Positions 1 to 11,949 of a stretch of 64,000 bases of DNA are shown piece by piece. Made by a program: the position numbers and the translations under genes. How positions within the stretch are numbered: position 1 is the stretch's first letter; the number at the start of each line of letters is the position of its first letter. Source of the stretch: Camelus ferus (lineage: Eukaryota); contig NC_045696.1 of assembly GCF_009834535.1 (NCBI RefSeq), positions 117,244,001 to 117,308,000 of the forward strand, written 5' to 3'. Below the pieces are notes generated by a model. That model was given only the letters and a program-made list of their open reading frames with translations. It was not told where the DNA came from and did not search any database.

Positions 1-334
1 TGATAGAAAGGAATTCAAGGGCACCCAGGAAACAAAACAAAAGAAGTACTTAGTGATTAGAAGAGGATTAGAAAAACATCTAAAACATTTCTCTTTTGGC
101 TTTAGTGGGGAGGGGGGTTGCTGAACAGGGACCAGTAGCCCAAATAAGGAATTAGCAGAAGGTCTGGGGATAAAGCACAGAGGAAGGAAATGGTTCTGAA
201 GTAGCTGAACCTACATTCATTCATTTATTCACTTTGAAAGCTTGATTCTTTGCTTTTATATAGATATAAGAAGGCCCTTCTCACCATTAAGGTCCTGCTA
301 GACCTGACTGTTTCTAATTTTTTTCTTAGCCAGC

Positions 335-1095
335 TCTGTGTGTTTAAAATTTTGAGTTAGTTGCTAAGATTTAAAAATAAGATGCATTTTACATAAAAAG
401 CTGGATTTCTGAGTGCTATTGAAAAATTGAAACATCTGTGTGATGGTTAATTTTATGTGTTAACGTGACTGGGCTAAGGGATGCCCAGAGAGCTGGTAAA
501 ATATTATTTCTGGGTGTGTCTGTGAGGACATTTCTGGAAGAAGTTAACATTTGAACCCGTAGACTAAGCAAAGATCACCCTCACTAATGTAGGTGGGCAC
601 CTCCAATCTGTTGAGGGACCGAATAGACCAAAGAGATGGAGGAAAGGTGAATCTGCTTTTTCTGCTTGAGCTGAGACACCCATGCACTCCTGTCCTTGGA
701 TCCTGGCATTCATGGTTCTCAGCCCCTGGGATTTAGCCTGGGACCGGCCTCATTGGCTCCTTGACTCTCAGGTCTTTGGGTCAGACTGGAACTTACACCG
801 TCAGCTCCCCTGATCTCAGGCCTTCAGACTTGGATTGAATCACACCAGTAGCTTTCCTGGGTCTCCAACTTGCAGGCAGCAGACTGTGGGAGTTTTCAAC
901 TTCACAGTCACATGAGCCCATTCTTATAATAAGCCTCCTCTTATATATACATATCTGTATATCTATATGTATCCTATTGGGTCTGCTTTTCAGGAGAACC
1001 CTAATAAAACCTGCCAAAACCAGTGAACCTTTTAGACTGGACATGTGTTCTCCAGTTTGGCACAGTCCCCACCACTCCCTGTTGTCCTCTTGACA
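335..1095. mobile_element. Ancient hAT-Charlie-type DNA transposon fragment (MER102-like), split by an MLT2 LTR
   Basis: 'ttgagttagttgctaagatttaaaaat...gaaaaattgaaacatctg' resumes after the LTR as 'ccaaaacc...ctccagtttggcacagtccccaccactccct'; resembles a recalled Charlie-group consensus; subfamily uncertain. Confidence 0.5.
439..1008 (+). mobile_element. MLT2 (ERVL) solo LTR
   Basis: Starts 'tgtgatggttaattttatgtg', ends 'tatcctattgg...ggagaaccctaataaa'; 5-bp TSD atctg (434-438) / acctg (1009-1013). Confidence 0.9.
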
Positions 1096-1136
1096 GATCT
1101 ATTTATCTCATTCTTGTTTCCTGGATGAGACCTCTC

Positions 1137-1603
1137 TGTAGCAGATGCTGTCAAAGCTCTACACTAACGCATTGACCTGCCCCAGAGGTTGCCCTCAGAG
1201 AGCTCAGGTGGCTTCCGGTACCTCGCTGCCTGAGGCTGTTCTCTTCCCACGGGGGTGTGCTTGGAACAGATGTAGACCAGGCCACAGAGCTACTCCCCAC
1301 CCCAATAACCATCAGCCAATGAGATGGGAGTTGCTGGATGAAGATTCCGCCTTGTTTGCCACCTCAGTGCAACAACACTGACATGTTGCCAGGTAGATTC
1401 TCAGAGAGTTCCCAGCAGAATAGAGTCCCAGTTGCCCACTGTGGGGACCCTTTACACATTGACACACTTTAACTGTCTTCACTCTCCTGAGACCCTTCCC
1501 CACCCTGTCACATGCTTTGTGGAATCACCTCCAGTATAAGTCATTGCACCCAAATCCTTGTCTCAGGGTCTGTTTGGGGGGTGGAGGGGAACCAAATGAA
1601 GAC
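1137..1603 (+). mobile_element. LTR16-family (ERVL) solo LTR
   Basis: Starts 'tgtagcagatgctgt'; contains 'cagccaatgagatgggagttg' and 'cccagttgcccac'; ends 'caaatccttgtctcagggtctg...aaccaaatgaagaca'. Confidence 0.8.
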
Positions 1604-1760
1604 AGGTTCTGAAACCAACTATATTTGTCATCTCTGATTTAGACCATCTTCTGGTTCCTAAGGGCTCTTCAAGAATAAATTTTAGTCTCAGATTGTCATA
1701 GACAGAAATGATTTTAGAGGAGGCAGAGGCATAGGATCACATGTGAACTGTCTGAAGTCA

Positions 1761-2353
1761 CACAGCATCATTGATTCAAAGCCAAGACATTGGAGCAACC
1801 TAAATATCCACTGACAGATGACTGGATAAAGAAGCTGTGGCATATTTATACTATGGAATACTACTCAGCCATAAAAAAGAATAAAATAATGCCATTTGCA
1901 GCAAAATGGATGGACCGAGAGATCATCATTCTAAGTAAAGTAAGCCAGAATGAGAAAGAAAAATACCATGTGGTATCACTCATATGTGGGATCTAAAAAA
2001 GAAAGAAAGAAAGAAAAAGACACTATGAACTCATCTACAAAACCAGAAACAGACTCATAGACATAGTAAACAATCTTATGGTTACTGGAGAAACGGGTGG
2101 GAAGAGATAAATTTGGAAGCTTGAGATTTACAAATGTTAGCCACTATATATAGAAATAGATTAGAAAAAACGTTTTCTTATGTATAGCACAGGGAACTAT
2201 GTTCAATATCTTGTAATAACCTTTAGTGAAAAAGAAAATGAAAACAAATATATGTATGTAGATGCATGACTGGGACATTGTGCTGTACATGGGAAATTGA
2301 CATATTGTAACTGACTGTACTTCAATTTAAAAACATAAAAAATAAAAATAAAA
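1761..2353 (+). mobile_element. 5'-truncated LINE-1 (ORF2 C-terminus + 3' UTR + A-rich tail), cetartiodactyl/camelid type
   Basis: ORF 1790-1996 (QPKYPLTDDWIKKLWHIYTMEYYSAIKKNKIMPFAAKWMD...SLICGI) is the typical L1 ORF2 C-terminus; followed by L1 3' UTR 'tgtatagcacagggaactatgttcaatatcttgtaataac' and an A-rich tail. Confidence 0.93.
1790..1996 (+). pseudogene. LINE-1 ORF2 C-terminal remnant (non-functional)
   Basis: Translated motif WIKKLWHIYTMEYYSAIKKN is characteristic of the mammalian L1 ORF2p C-terminus. Confidence 0.88.
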
Positions 2354-2409
2354 GGGTGAACTAGCCTGCCTCTCCTCCGGAGGCCAGCGCTCCATCCACC
2401 ACTGCATTG

Positions 2410-2623
2410 GTAGGCCATCGACAGCGCCCCCAGCGGCCAAATCCAGCAACTGCCTGTTTTTGACACTAAAGGGGGACATGGACACATACCCACCCATTTG
2501 TTTACGATTGTCTGGAGCTGCGTTTTCACTTCACTAACAGAGTTGAGTAGTACGGGCAGAGACCATCCAGTACACAAAGCTTGAAAAACATACTGTCTGG
2601 GAGGCAAAATTTGCCGACCCCTT
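2410..2623. mobile_element. MER58-type hAT-Charlie MITE
   Basis: 'ggccaaatccagcaactgcctgtttt', 'cccatttgtttacgattgtct', 'cagagttgagtagt...cagagacc', terminal 'tttgccgacccct'. Confidence 0.8.
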
Positions 2624-3384
2624 GGGCTGCGTCGTATTTGTACTGGGGGCATCTGGCTGTCCGGGGCTCACATACAGGTGACACAGTTAAGAACGACTCT
2701 TTTTTTCACATAGGCTCAGTGGAGAAAAAAAAAAAAATGCCGTACTGCCCTTTTATTCAACTGGCAGAGGATGTCTGTGGCAGAGCCCAAGGATCAGGGC
2801 TGCAACTCTGACTTCTCTTGACAAATTAAATTTGTTATTTAGGCACATCTGCCTGTTTATCTAAAGAGGTGCAGTGGCCTCCACTTGTGCACTTGTGTGG
2901 AGGAAAAATCACACTGAGATCTCAAGTGTCACGGCAATTAGTCAAATGGGGGAAGATGCGGCACCCGGGTGTTCAGGGACACTGTACTTGATAGTCTTTA
3001 ATTTGCTCAATATTACAATTAAGGTAACTTCAAATGTGTTATAACCTTAATAATGTCAACATGTTTCCATTATCTCCGGTGTACATATTATTTTTAACCT
3101 ACTTCACACACAAGAATGTATTAATGCACTTTTTTTTGGCTGCCGGTGAAGTGGCCCTCTAACATGACTGTGAAGGACTTAATAACCTTGTAGAAATGTT
3201 TTCCTGATGAGTATTTAAAAATTGTTGGAAAATCATTCAGTGAGAATTGAAACAAAAATTCTCCTGCGTTATTATTGGCTGGAAGGTAGACGTTTATAAG
3301 GGGAGACACAATTAACAGAAGACAGAGAAAACTAATGTTTTGGTGACAAAGGAAACAGGATAGAGCAGCAAGGGAAACACGGCT

Positions 3385-3485
3385 GAATCAGAAGTAGAAG
3401 ACCCGGGGTTTTAATTATGGCTTCACAGCTCATCAGCTGTGTGATCCTGGGGACGATGCCGACTTGTCTGAGAGTTGGTTTCTAC
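3385..3485 (+). mobile_element. MIR SINE fragment
   Basis: 'gaagacccggggttttaattatggcttcacagctcatcagctgtgtgatcctgggg' resembles MIR 5' part. Confidence 0.5.
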
Positions 3486-4665
3486 ACCTCCAGCTTAAAG
3501 GCACTGTCTGGTTCCCAGCTGGATTCAAATGAGCATGTAATTAATCGACGCTGGTAAAAGAGTTGTGTAAGCTGGACGGAGCTATGCAAATAGGCATTAT
3601 TATCGCACAAAGCTGGGGACCAAAAGTATGGGGATGATGAGTGATGCTGCTTTCTGTGCTCATTCACTGAGTGTGTTTGCTGAGGTGTTTTAAGACAATT
3701 AAATCGAAAGAAGAGCAAAAAGAGACAGAGGGGCCAATTCATTTCCCCCATCTTGGAGCTGCCTAGCCAGAAATGATAGATGGTCAGTGCTCACTGCATC
3801 CATGCCTCTGCCCGAACTGAGGGTGGGTTCTGAGTGGGAGACAAGTGAATACTAGGTAGCAACTGTAAATGGAGTTTCTGGGATTCCTCTCACGTTATTC
3901 CACGCCGAGAGTGACAAGGATCGGTGACTCACTTTGATTTTTGTATTTAGGGAGCAACTTCATCAGCTTCGGTGTCTGGCTCATGTCCTCTCCTCCTTTA
4001 CAAAGTGTTCAGGGGCAGGCATAACCCCGTGCCTGGATTATTGAGGTAAACATTTATGTAACCCAACGCTTTCCACTAGTGTGAAATTACTGAGACATTG
4101 GGATCCTCCATTTTCCCTAATTAGACCAGTGAGTGAGGGATTTGCAGAAACAATTCCAGAGACTCTCACTTTAATATTAACTAATGTGCACTTGGCCTAC
4201 TTTTTGATTTTCCCACTGAACATATAGGGTCAGTTGCTCATCTTGCTTGGCACCCCTGTGGAGTAAGCTCTGAGCTCGGAACCGCAATGTTTTCAGGGGC
4301 AGCATCCTCCCTGCCTTTACCTCTCTCTTGTCCTTTGCCTTCCACTTGGATTTGGGGCAGTGTCCCTCCAACTACAGAAGCTGTTGCTTCATGAGGCTGT
4401 AGAATCATTTTGATTGGCTTGTTTGGTAAATTCAATGAAGGAGACTGAAACTGTTCAATTGACTTTTTGTTTTGTTTTGTTTTGTTTTAGTACAGACCTC
4501 TATCATCACCATGTGTGGATATGTGTGTGTGAGTGTGTGTGGCGGGGCGTGTGTGTGTTTAACATGGATTGAATTTCAGACTTACAGGGAATTCTTTATC
4601 CAGATAAACTTTTGGGAAGGGAAACCAAGAACATGAAAGGAAACCCTCCATAAAAATCCCAGTTA

Positions 4666-4929
4666 TGATAAATTAGGAGTTTGGGATTTGTTAATATATA
4701 CTACTATACATAAAATAGATAAACAACACTACTATATATAAAATAGATAAACAACAAGGACCTACTGTAGAGCACAGGAAACTATAGTAAGTTTCTTGAA
4801 ATAACATATAACGGAAAAGAATCTGAAAATAAACTATATATATATATATATATTATATATATATATTTATGTATAACTGAATTGCTTGGCTGTACACCTG
4901 AAACCAACATTGTGAATCAACTACACTTC

Positions 4930-4979
<50 letters not shown>

Positions 4980-4985
4980 AACCAG
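4666..4985 (+). mobile_element. Short LINE-1 3' UTR insertion with (CAA)n tail and 11-bp TSD
   Basis: 'gataaattaggagtttgggattt...aaggacctactgtagagcacaggaaactat...gctgtacacctgaaac'; perfect TSD aatcccagtta at 4655-4665 and 4986-4996. Confidence 0.9.
4929..4979 (+). repeat. (CAA)~17 microsatellite
   Basis: Perfect trinucleotide run in place of the L1 poly(A) tail. Confidence 0.97.
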
Positions 4986-5000
4986 AATCCCAGTTAGATA

Positions 5001-5230
5001 CAGTGGGAAGAATGAGAATTTTAGGAGTCAGATGGGCTGTATTCAATTTCTGACTCCCCATCTGACTTCTTTGTGATCTCCAGGGAGACAATTTTTCTGA
5101 ACTCCAGATTCCCCATCAATAAAATGGGCATAAAACTTAGCTATTAACTTGGTTGTGAGGTTGTAATAATGTAGATAAATTGCTGCCTGGATCCTGGCAT
5201 GTAAGAGGCACCAGATGAATCAGTGTTATT
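5001..5230 (+). mobile_element. MIR SINE
   Basis: 'ttaggagtcaga...ctccagattccccatcaataaaatggg...ggttgtgagg...cctggcatgtaag'. Confidence 0.72.
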
Positions 5231-6227
5231 GTCAGAGGACCACTCATCATCAACCAATTACTCATCCTTTCTGAAGGTTAATGAGATATGTAAGAGATAG
5301 ATGTGTTGGAAAATCTACCTATAAAAGTAAATAAAAATATTGACTTGGAAATCAAAGAAAGTGAAGTCAAGGCGTCCAGGCAACTCCTTTGTGTTCTCAG
5401 CAATAGGTTTGCTCACTTAAAAATAAGGTGCTGGGGTTCTCTGAAGTTTTTCAAACTAGCCCTGCTAAGACCATGTGGACCTTAGGATTGAACAGACCCA
5501 TGCTTTGGAAGGAGAAGGGAAGGGACACAAAAGAATGAACAGGACCCTAGCCTCCCAACCCAGCTTCGACCAAAAGAGTTGTTTTTGTCTCTTTGGGGCA
5601 CCTGGCTTCTGGCTAGGATTTGGAAAGTGAAAAAAGCTTCCTTGTCTAGAACTTGGCGAATGATTGGACAAGATCCCTTCCGGCTCCCATATCTTGTCAA
5701 GGTTTTTTTCACCTTTTCCAAACTTTAGTTTGGCTGACTGTCAGGCTGCCTGAGGCCCTTAGGGTTCAAGGTGGTGACAGGGCAGAGTCAGCTTTGTGAA
5801 AACCCGTAAGTAGGCACATCATTCTGTCTCCGTTTCTATGGAGAGATGAGCTCACTCACCTACAGATTCGTCACTCCAACAGCCGGTCCTGCCCCTGCAG
5901 TTTCTGGGAATAGGTCCCTCCTCACTTCACTCTGGTCCTCCACAGCCTCACAGCCCTCAGCTCTGTTCTGATACAAACACCTAATCCTTCTCCCTGCGTG
6001 GGTATCCGCCTCCAACTGAACTGTGGCTTAATTAGAAGAAAGTACTTCACATCTCCCTCCCCCAGGAATTGCTTTATTGTCTAAGATCATAAACCTCAGA
6101 GGGAAATACTTATCTTCTGGGGCACCTTTACTCAGCTTTCAGATCCCACTACGGTGCCAGCTGTCTGGTTTGTCTGTTCCATAAAGCCAGCTGTGAGGTC
6201 AGATGTGAAAATGTCTGTGATCATGAA

Positions 6228-6385
6228 ATAGTGAGCTTTGGGGTCAAACAGATCCACACTTTAGTCCTGGCTACCTAACTTCTTTGCTTCTCTACCACTT
6301 ACTTAAGTTCTCCAGATTTTTGTATTATTGTTTGTATTTTTTTTTTTTTTTTTGTAGCAGCTATCTTGAGGTTGTTCTAAGAATG
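6228..6385 (+). mobile_element. MIR SINE fragment
   Basis: 'gagctttggggtcaaacaga...tagtcctggct...acttacttaag...gaggttgttctaagaat'. Confidence 0.5.
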
Positions 6386-6543
6386 TGAAGCTTTCCTGGG
6401 ATAATAGCCCCTAAAATCAATCACACCTCTTATTTTCTTGTTATCATCATTATCAACTCTCAATCCAAACCTAAGAGACAAGAAATACCACCTTTCTCTG
6501 TTTTATGTTAATAAGCTAAAAATATTCTATTTTACTTATCACC

Positions 6544-6545
<2 letters not shown>

Positions 6546-6614
<69 letters not shown>
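6546..6614. repeat. Compound (CA)n(CT)n(CA)n microsatellite
   Basis: Directly visible. Confidence 0.97.
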
Positions 6615-7779
6615 GATCCAAAGTTGTATTCAAAATCCATCCTATCTTCCCAGCAATAAAACAGTGAGAAAGACTTTCCATCATTGCTGGTTAATGGCTA
6701 ACCCATTGTCCGGGCTCTTCCAACAACATTTCTGTCCATCTAGGGGTACTGCTGTTCTGAGTCATACTCAGGTTGTAAGAGCTTTGGTGAGACTGAGAGG
6801 TCCCATGCCTAGAGTCTACTTTTGTGTCCCCACCATCACATACTCTGAGGCTAGACAGTCCACCCAGAGACATGTCAATCTCTTCTTACCTTCTTCCAGT
6901 CTGGGGAAAATGTTCTTTCTTTCCTCACTCTCTTCTTTGTTTCTGGCCTCAGATTCATGCTTCTCTTACCGTCCTACTTGAGGATACCCAGGACTTTATA
7001 AAATCCTAGAAGGGCTAGACACACGTCTCTTGAGGTAAAGGAGAATAACACTTAGGAATGAGTGAAAAAAGTGTCCATATATAAATGTAAGTTGTAATAA
7101 CCTGTCATAATTAATACCACAGTCACCATAATCATCACCTGTGCCACCAATACTAGGAGTCAAGACACTGCAATTCTTAAAAGAAGACAAAGTTGAGTCA
7201 GACTTGCAATAGCTTGGGAGATTTCGTTGTTCTTGTGAAGAAAAAGAGACAAGCACTTGAGACAGACCATGCAAAACTCTAAGTCTGAAAGGCATTCATT
7301 TTTGACCAAGGTGTATTTAGGTACCAAGAAATCCATTCCTTGTGCAATACTTCATAGTCTCTTCACCACATCAAATCTTCTTCCAGTGGAAAACTGTGAA
7401 CTGCTCTGATATATGGGGAAAGGGGAACATTATCAGGAATGACTGAATACATCAGCTTGACACTAAAATTTCAATTTCAATTTTAAAATGTTAGTGGCTT
7501 CTCCTTGTGAGCTGGTAGCCACAAATAATTTACATTAAACTATATGTCTCGGTGATGGGTCTTTTCCTCATTTTCCATAAATCCTAATTTCACACAAGTC
7601 TCATTTAGCTATTGAAAAGTAAAACACTTTCAAAGAGAAAGGTAAGTGCAGGTTATAACTGTGTCCCTATTTAATAAATGGAGAAATCCACATAGAGGAC
7701 TTAATATTCTTAATCCTGGAACAGTACAATTCCAGCCCTTTGGTACTTGCAGGCAGAGCCCAAAATACTCCTCCAATTC

Positions 7780-8035
7780 TGAATAAATGACAATAGCTAG
7801 TATGTATGAAGAGATAGATATGTGTTACCTGCTTAGCAGCAAGATAAGATCTTTACAAACAATAGTTCAGTTTATCCTTACATCAACTTTGAAAACAAAA
7901 ATCCTATCACATCGCATCTCAGAATGTCTACACGGCTTCTCAACCACACGTAGGGAGGAAGTGGTAAATCATGCTTCAACCCTTGTTTGATTGACTCCAA
8001 GACCTATGCTAGCCTCTTAACTACTATGCCATTGC
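7780..8035 (-). mobile_element. MIR SINE (diverged)
   Basis: 'aatagctagtatgtat...tttatcctta...tgactccaagacctatgct...cttaactactatgcc'. Confidence 0.55.
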
Positions 8036-8827
8036 TGCCTTTCATTTTCTAACCTTTCATCTAGATGAGAGCAGTAAGATATTGGTAATATCAAATTTGG
8101 TTAGGGACAGCTTCCCTTCTCCCCCACCAAAGTTTTCAACCTTTATCTACTCCCATAATTTTCAATTCAGTTCAATAAATGGGAACATCCAACCACCCTT
8201 TATAGACATGGAGCTATCTTTCAGTCCTTCCTTTTGTATTTCCTACATCCAGTCAACAAGCACTGTTTTTCTACTTTTCAAAAGCACCTTTAGTTTATTC
8301 CTCTCCCAGTGAGTTCGTGTCATGTGGATATTGAACTAATTCCTCCTGAGGTGTCTCTGCTGAATCTTCCCTAATTTCATCTGTAAGAAAAGTTGTAAAT
8401 GACTTTGAACAGTGTCCTATCTGATACCCTCCAAGGTTATCTCTGCCTTTCATTGTCTTTGACTTATTTACAACTCTTTAACTGTAGATAATAGATAGCA
8501 GTACAAATGGATCCAGTCCATACAGATGCATATGACTCTGCTTGGTGAGGGAACAATTGACCTTTCTGCTCCAAAAACAAAAAACAAACAAAAATCCCAC
8601 CAGTTTTTCAGTAAATGAATTTTAGTAATCCTGACTGAGCTATTTTGTGTAATACTTTGAATTCTCCTTTAAACTAGTTGTAACATCTTACTGGATCCCT
8701 CATCAATTAATAAGTTAAATAAAATCTTTGATATATGTTCATTATGTATTTGTAGAAGAGTCATGGTTTTACCTTAAAAAAAACCCAAACTTTTAACATA
8801 TAACACATCTTACTTGACTTGGCTATT

Positions 8828-9347
8828 TATCTTAATTTGGATTTTTCAGAAGGCAAAGCCTGAGGCACGAATTTGGTTGTAAGTATTTATCCAAAGGGGA
8901 CACCAGAATGCTATGATGGTGATGTGGCTAGAGCAAGACAGGCAAGAAGGGAAAATCAATCAAGGGTGTGTTAGTGAGTTGGTTACCACTGTGGGAACAG
9001 TGACCTAGTCTTGCTTGGGGATTCTCTGAGGAACCGTGTAGTATTTGCACATTAGAATCATTCCTTCAAAGTGTAAGTAAGAGGCTGGGACATTTCTCTT
9101 CCAGCCAGTTGTCCCCTATAGTTGAGGGCTGCCCAAAGGGTATTAACGCCCTATACTTCCTAGTTGTGCTTTCCATAGCTTTAGAAAAAGTTCTGAAGCA
9201 GAAGAGTAAAAACACTGCTGTGTGCCCTTGAGGTCTTAAGTTGGCAGTATATATAGTTACATATATTTATAGTTTTATAGTTATAGATAGATAGATAGAT
9301 AGATTAGATGGTGGATGTGGAGCAGGGCACAAAAGCTACTGCTACAC
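8828..9347 (-). mobile_element. ERVL LTR (LTR33/LTR16-like), containing a short (GATA)n
   Basis: 'cagaaggcaaagcctgaggcacgaatttggttgtaagtatttat', 'ttggttaccactgtggga', 'ctctgaggaaccgtgtag'; ends 'ctgctaca'. Confidence 0.7.
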
Positions 9348-9359
9348 AAACCTTTACTT

Positions 9360-9800
9360 GAGTTCTTATGGCCTTTAGGATACAATTCAAACACACAGGG
9401 CCCTTCCTGCTCTGGCCTTAGCTTCATCTTCACCTCTCTGCATCTCATACCCTAGCCTCCTTCCACTGCTGTAACTTGATATATGTGTTCATGCTGCTTC
9501 ATCCTCCTCCTTTCTAGCTAATCCATCAGTAGATGTCATTAGAAGTGTTAAGGGATGGCCTACCTCCTTTTCTCTCCCCCACAATATATGACATTTTCAT
9601 ACAAGATTCTTCTGTGCCTTCCTTTATCAGAGCATCCACTATACTGTATTCCATTTGCCTCCTCTCTCCCTCTCTCTCACATTATTCTGTGAGTTCTTTG
9701 AGGTCAGAGACAATATATATTTTTTTATCCTGTGTCTTTAGTGCTCAATAGCTTCTCTCCTTAGCAGCCACTCAAAAGAGTTTGCTGGTTTAATTAAGCA
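9360..9800 (+). mobile_element. L2 LINE 3' fragments
   Basis: 'atggcctttaggatacaattcaaac', 'tgtgagttctttgaggtcagagac', 'gccactcaaaagagtttgctgg'. Confidence 0.6.
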
Positions 9801-9845
9801 CCTACTGTCCTTATCTGTGCTTGTCATGACAGAATGTAAAGAGTT

Positions 9846-9945
9846 TGCATTAGTCAGGAAAGGCCAGGTTCTGCTGCAGTAGCAAATAACTGGGAAATCT
9901 CAGTGGTTTTAAACTACTAATTTTATTTCCCACTCACATTATAAA
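9846..9945 (-). mobile_element. MLT1 (MaLR) LTR end fragment
   Basis: 'tgcattagtcaggaaaggccaggttctgctgcagtagcaaataac...aatctcagtgg'. Confidence 0.6.
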
Positions 9946-11949
9946 TTGCCAATTATCAGAGTCAAGCAGGATCCTTCATACATTCAAAGGACGGATATAT
10001 ATTTGATTGCTTCAAGTTTAACCAGCAAACTGCCCTAACTCCACCTTAGCAGAACTAGTTAGGTACAGACTATATATTTGACCCAAAGTTTTCCCCTGAG
10101 TTCTCTTTACTCAGTGACACTTTCCCATTTGGGAGCTAGGAGTCGGGGGTAGCTGTGGTGGTGATGATGGTGGTGTTCGTAATGGTAGTACTAATAGTGG
10201 TACATAACATATCTGCAGATGGTGGAATGTTTTCATGGCCTTGTGGAGTCTAGATTCACTTTCCTGGTAAAAGCCATTCTATGCACATTTGGGGACCAGA
10301 AATTTCCCAGCCTGAGTGTACTTATTTCTAGATTCTAATATTGTATATGAACTTTGTGTTTTAGAACCTCAAAATAAGTCTGTATCTATCTATCTATCTT
10401 TAATCATTGTCTATATTTAATTTTTAACTTTACAAGATAGAAAAGAGTTAGGAGAAAACTCCAATGAGGAAACATAAGGCTCAAAAAGCAGAAGAAAAAC
10501 TATTTTGGTAAGGAAAATATTTCCATATTATATTTTCAAGAGGTCGACGTAAACAATAGTAAGTTAAAAAATATTTTTAAAATTATGCACAGTGTCACTT
10601 GCCAGTGTTGTGTTAATTAATGCAAATGTAGAACACTGCATCGGTTTTTGTTTGAATTCTACCAATATACATCTGTACAGTAAATATGTTAGTGAATAAC
10701 CCTGAGCCACTGTCAGAGATTCTTTTCTCAACTGCTAAATCCTGGAAAATCATTGCCAGCATTCTAGGCATATTTTCATATGTTCAGGCAGATCCAAAGG
10801 AGCCAGTAGAAGCCTCCAGAAGGAATGTGGCAGTCTCTCATTCTTGGTATGTATAAGCTCTACCACCCAATAGTAGGCAGAGAACAGGAATAAAATCCAC
10901 ATTAAACGAACACCTATTAAAGAAGTGGCTTTTATGCTAGCTATATAATTTAATTTTTACAAAATAGGTATTATTAAAATGTCTACTAAAATGTCTTAGT
11001 TTTCCCAAAGTGCTTGAGAACAAAATAAGTGAGGAGTTAAAACAAGGATAACATTTTTGTCAACACTCTATGTTAGGGTACCAGCCCACCATTCGCATGA
11101 TTGACACTTTTACCACTTCAGAAGGATTTCATCACTAGTGATCCTTTTTTTTCTAGTGAACAGGGAACACAAAATTAATGTAGAAGCATCCAAAACCTCT
11201 TATCCATCTGTACTATTAAAAAGAAATCTGTGTTTGTCGGCTTGGATCCTGAGTCTTTCTTGTATAGAGTCATGAAAAGAATTGAGGGAGGGAACAGCAA
11301 GTCACTAACAATTGCTTGAGTGATTGACATTGGAAAAAGCAAAGGGTTAGTGGTGGAAGAGAAATGGACATATCCAAATACTTTTTTTTCAAAACTAGAA
11401 AAGACAAAAGCTCATGTCAGTTGTTTTGGGGGATGGAGTGGTAGAACACAATGAGCTTTTAGAGAGACTAGAGGAAGACTTAGGACCTGACTTACATGAA
11501 AGCAAAGATTGTCAAGGTATAGAAGCTAAAAACATCATGATATCAAATTATATCCTTTTCCCACATTTACAGAAAACTTAAAAAATTACATTTTAAATTA
11601 AACGTTAGACTGATTTTTAAAACGTATCTCAGGTTTAGACTGGACCACAAACTTACTCAGTTTTTTGTGGTTTACATTAGCAGCATAAATTGCATGCTCA
11701 TTTCTGTAGGGATAACAGTATTCTTCTCCTATATGTTTCTGGATATTCCTCAAATTTCACTGGTCTGTTTCTGTTCCTGATCTTTGAAGATTTCATATCC
11801 TTGACTTTGACTCATTATACAAATAGGAAGACAAATAAACTATTATATTTCTATTAAGATTTTTTTAAAACATGCAAAACTCCCATTTTGAACAAGACTC
11901 TGAATGATTATTGAACTTACTATGATGCATGAAACACACATCCATTACT

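Noticed and set aside
4882..5076. Poly-asparagine ORF
   Set aside because: Translation artefact of the (CAA)n L1 tail
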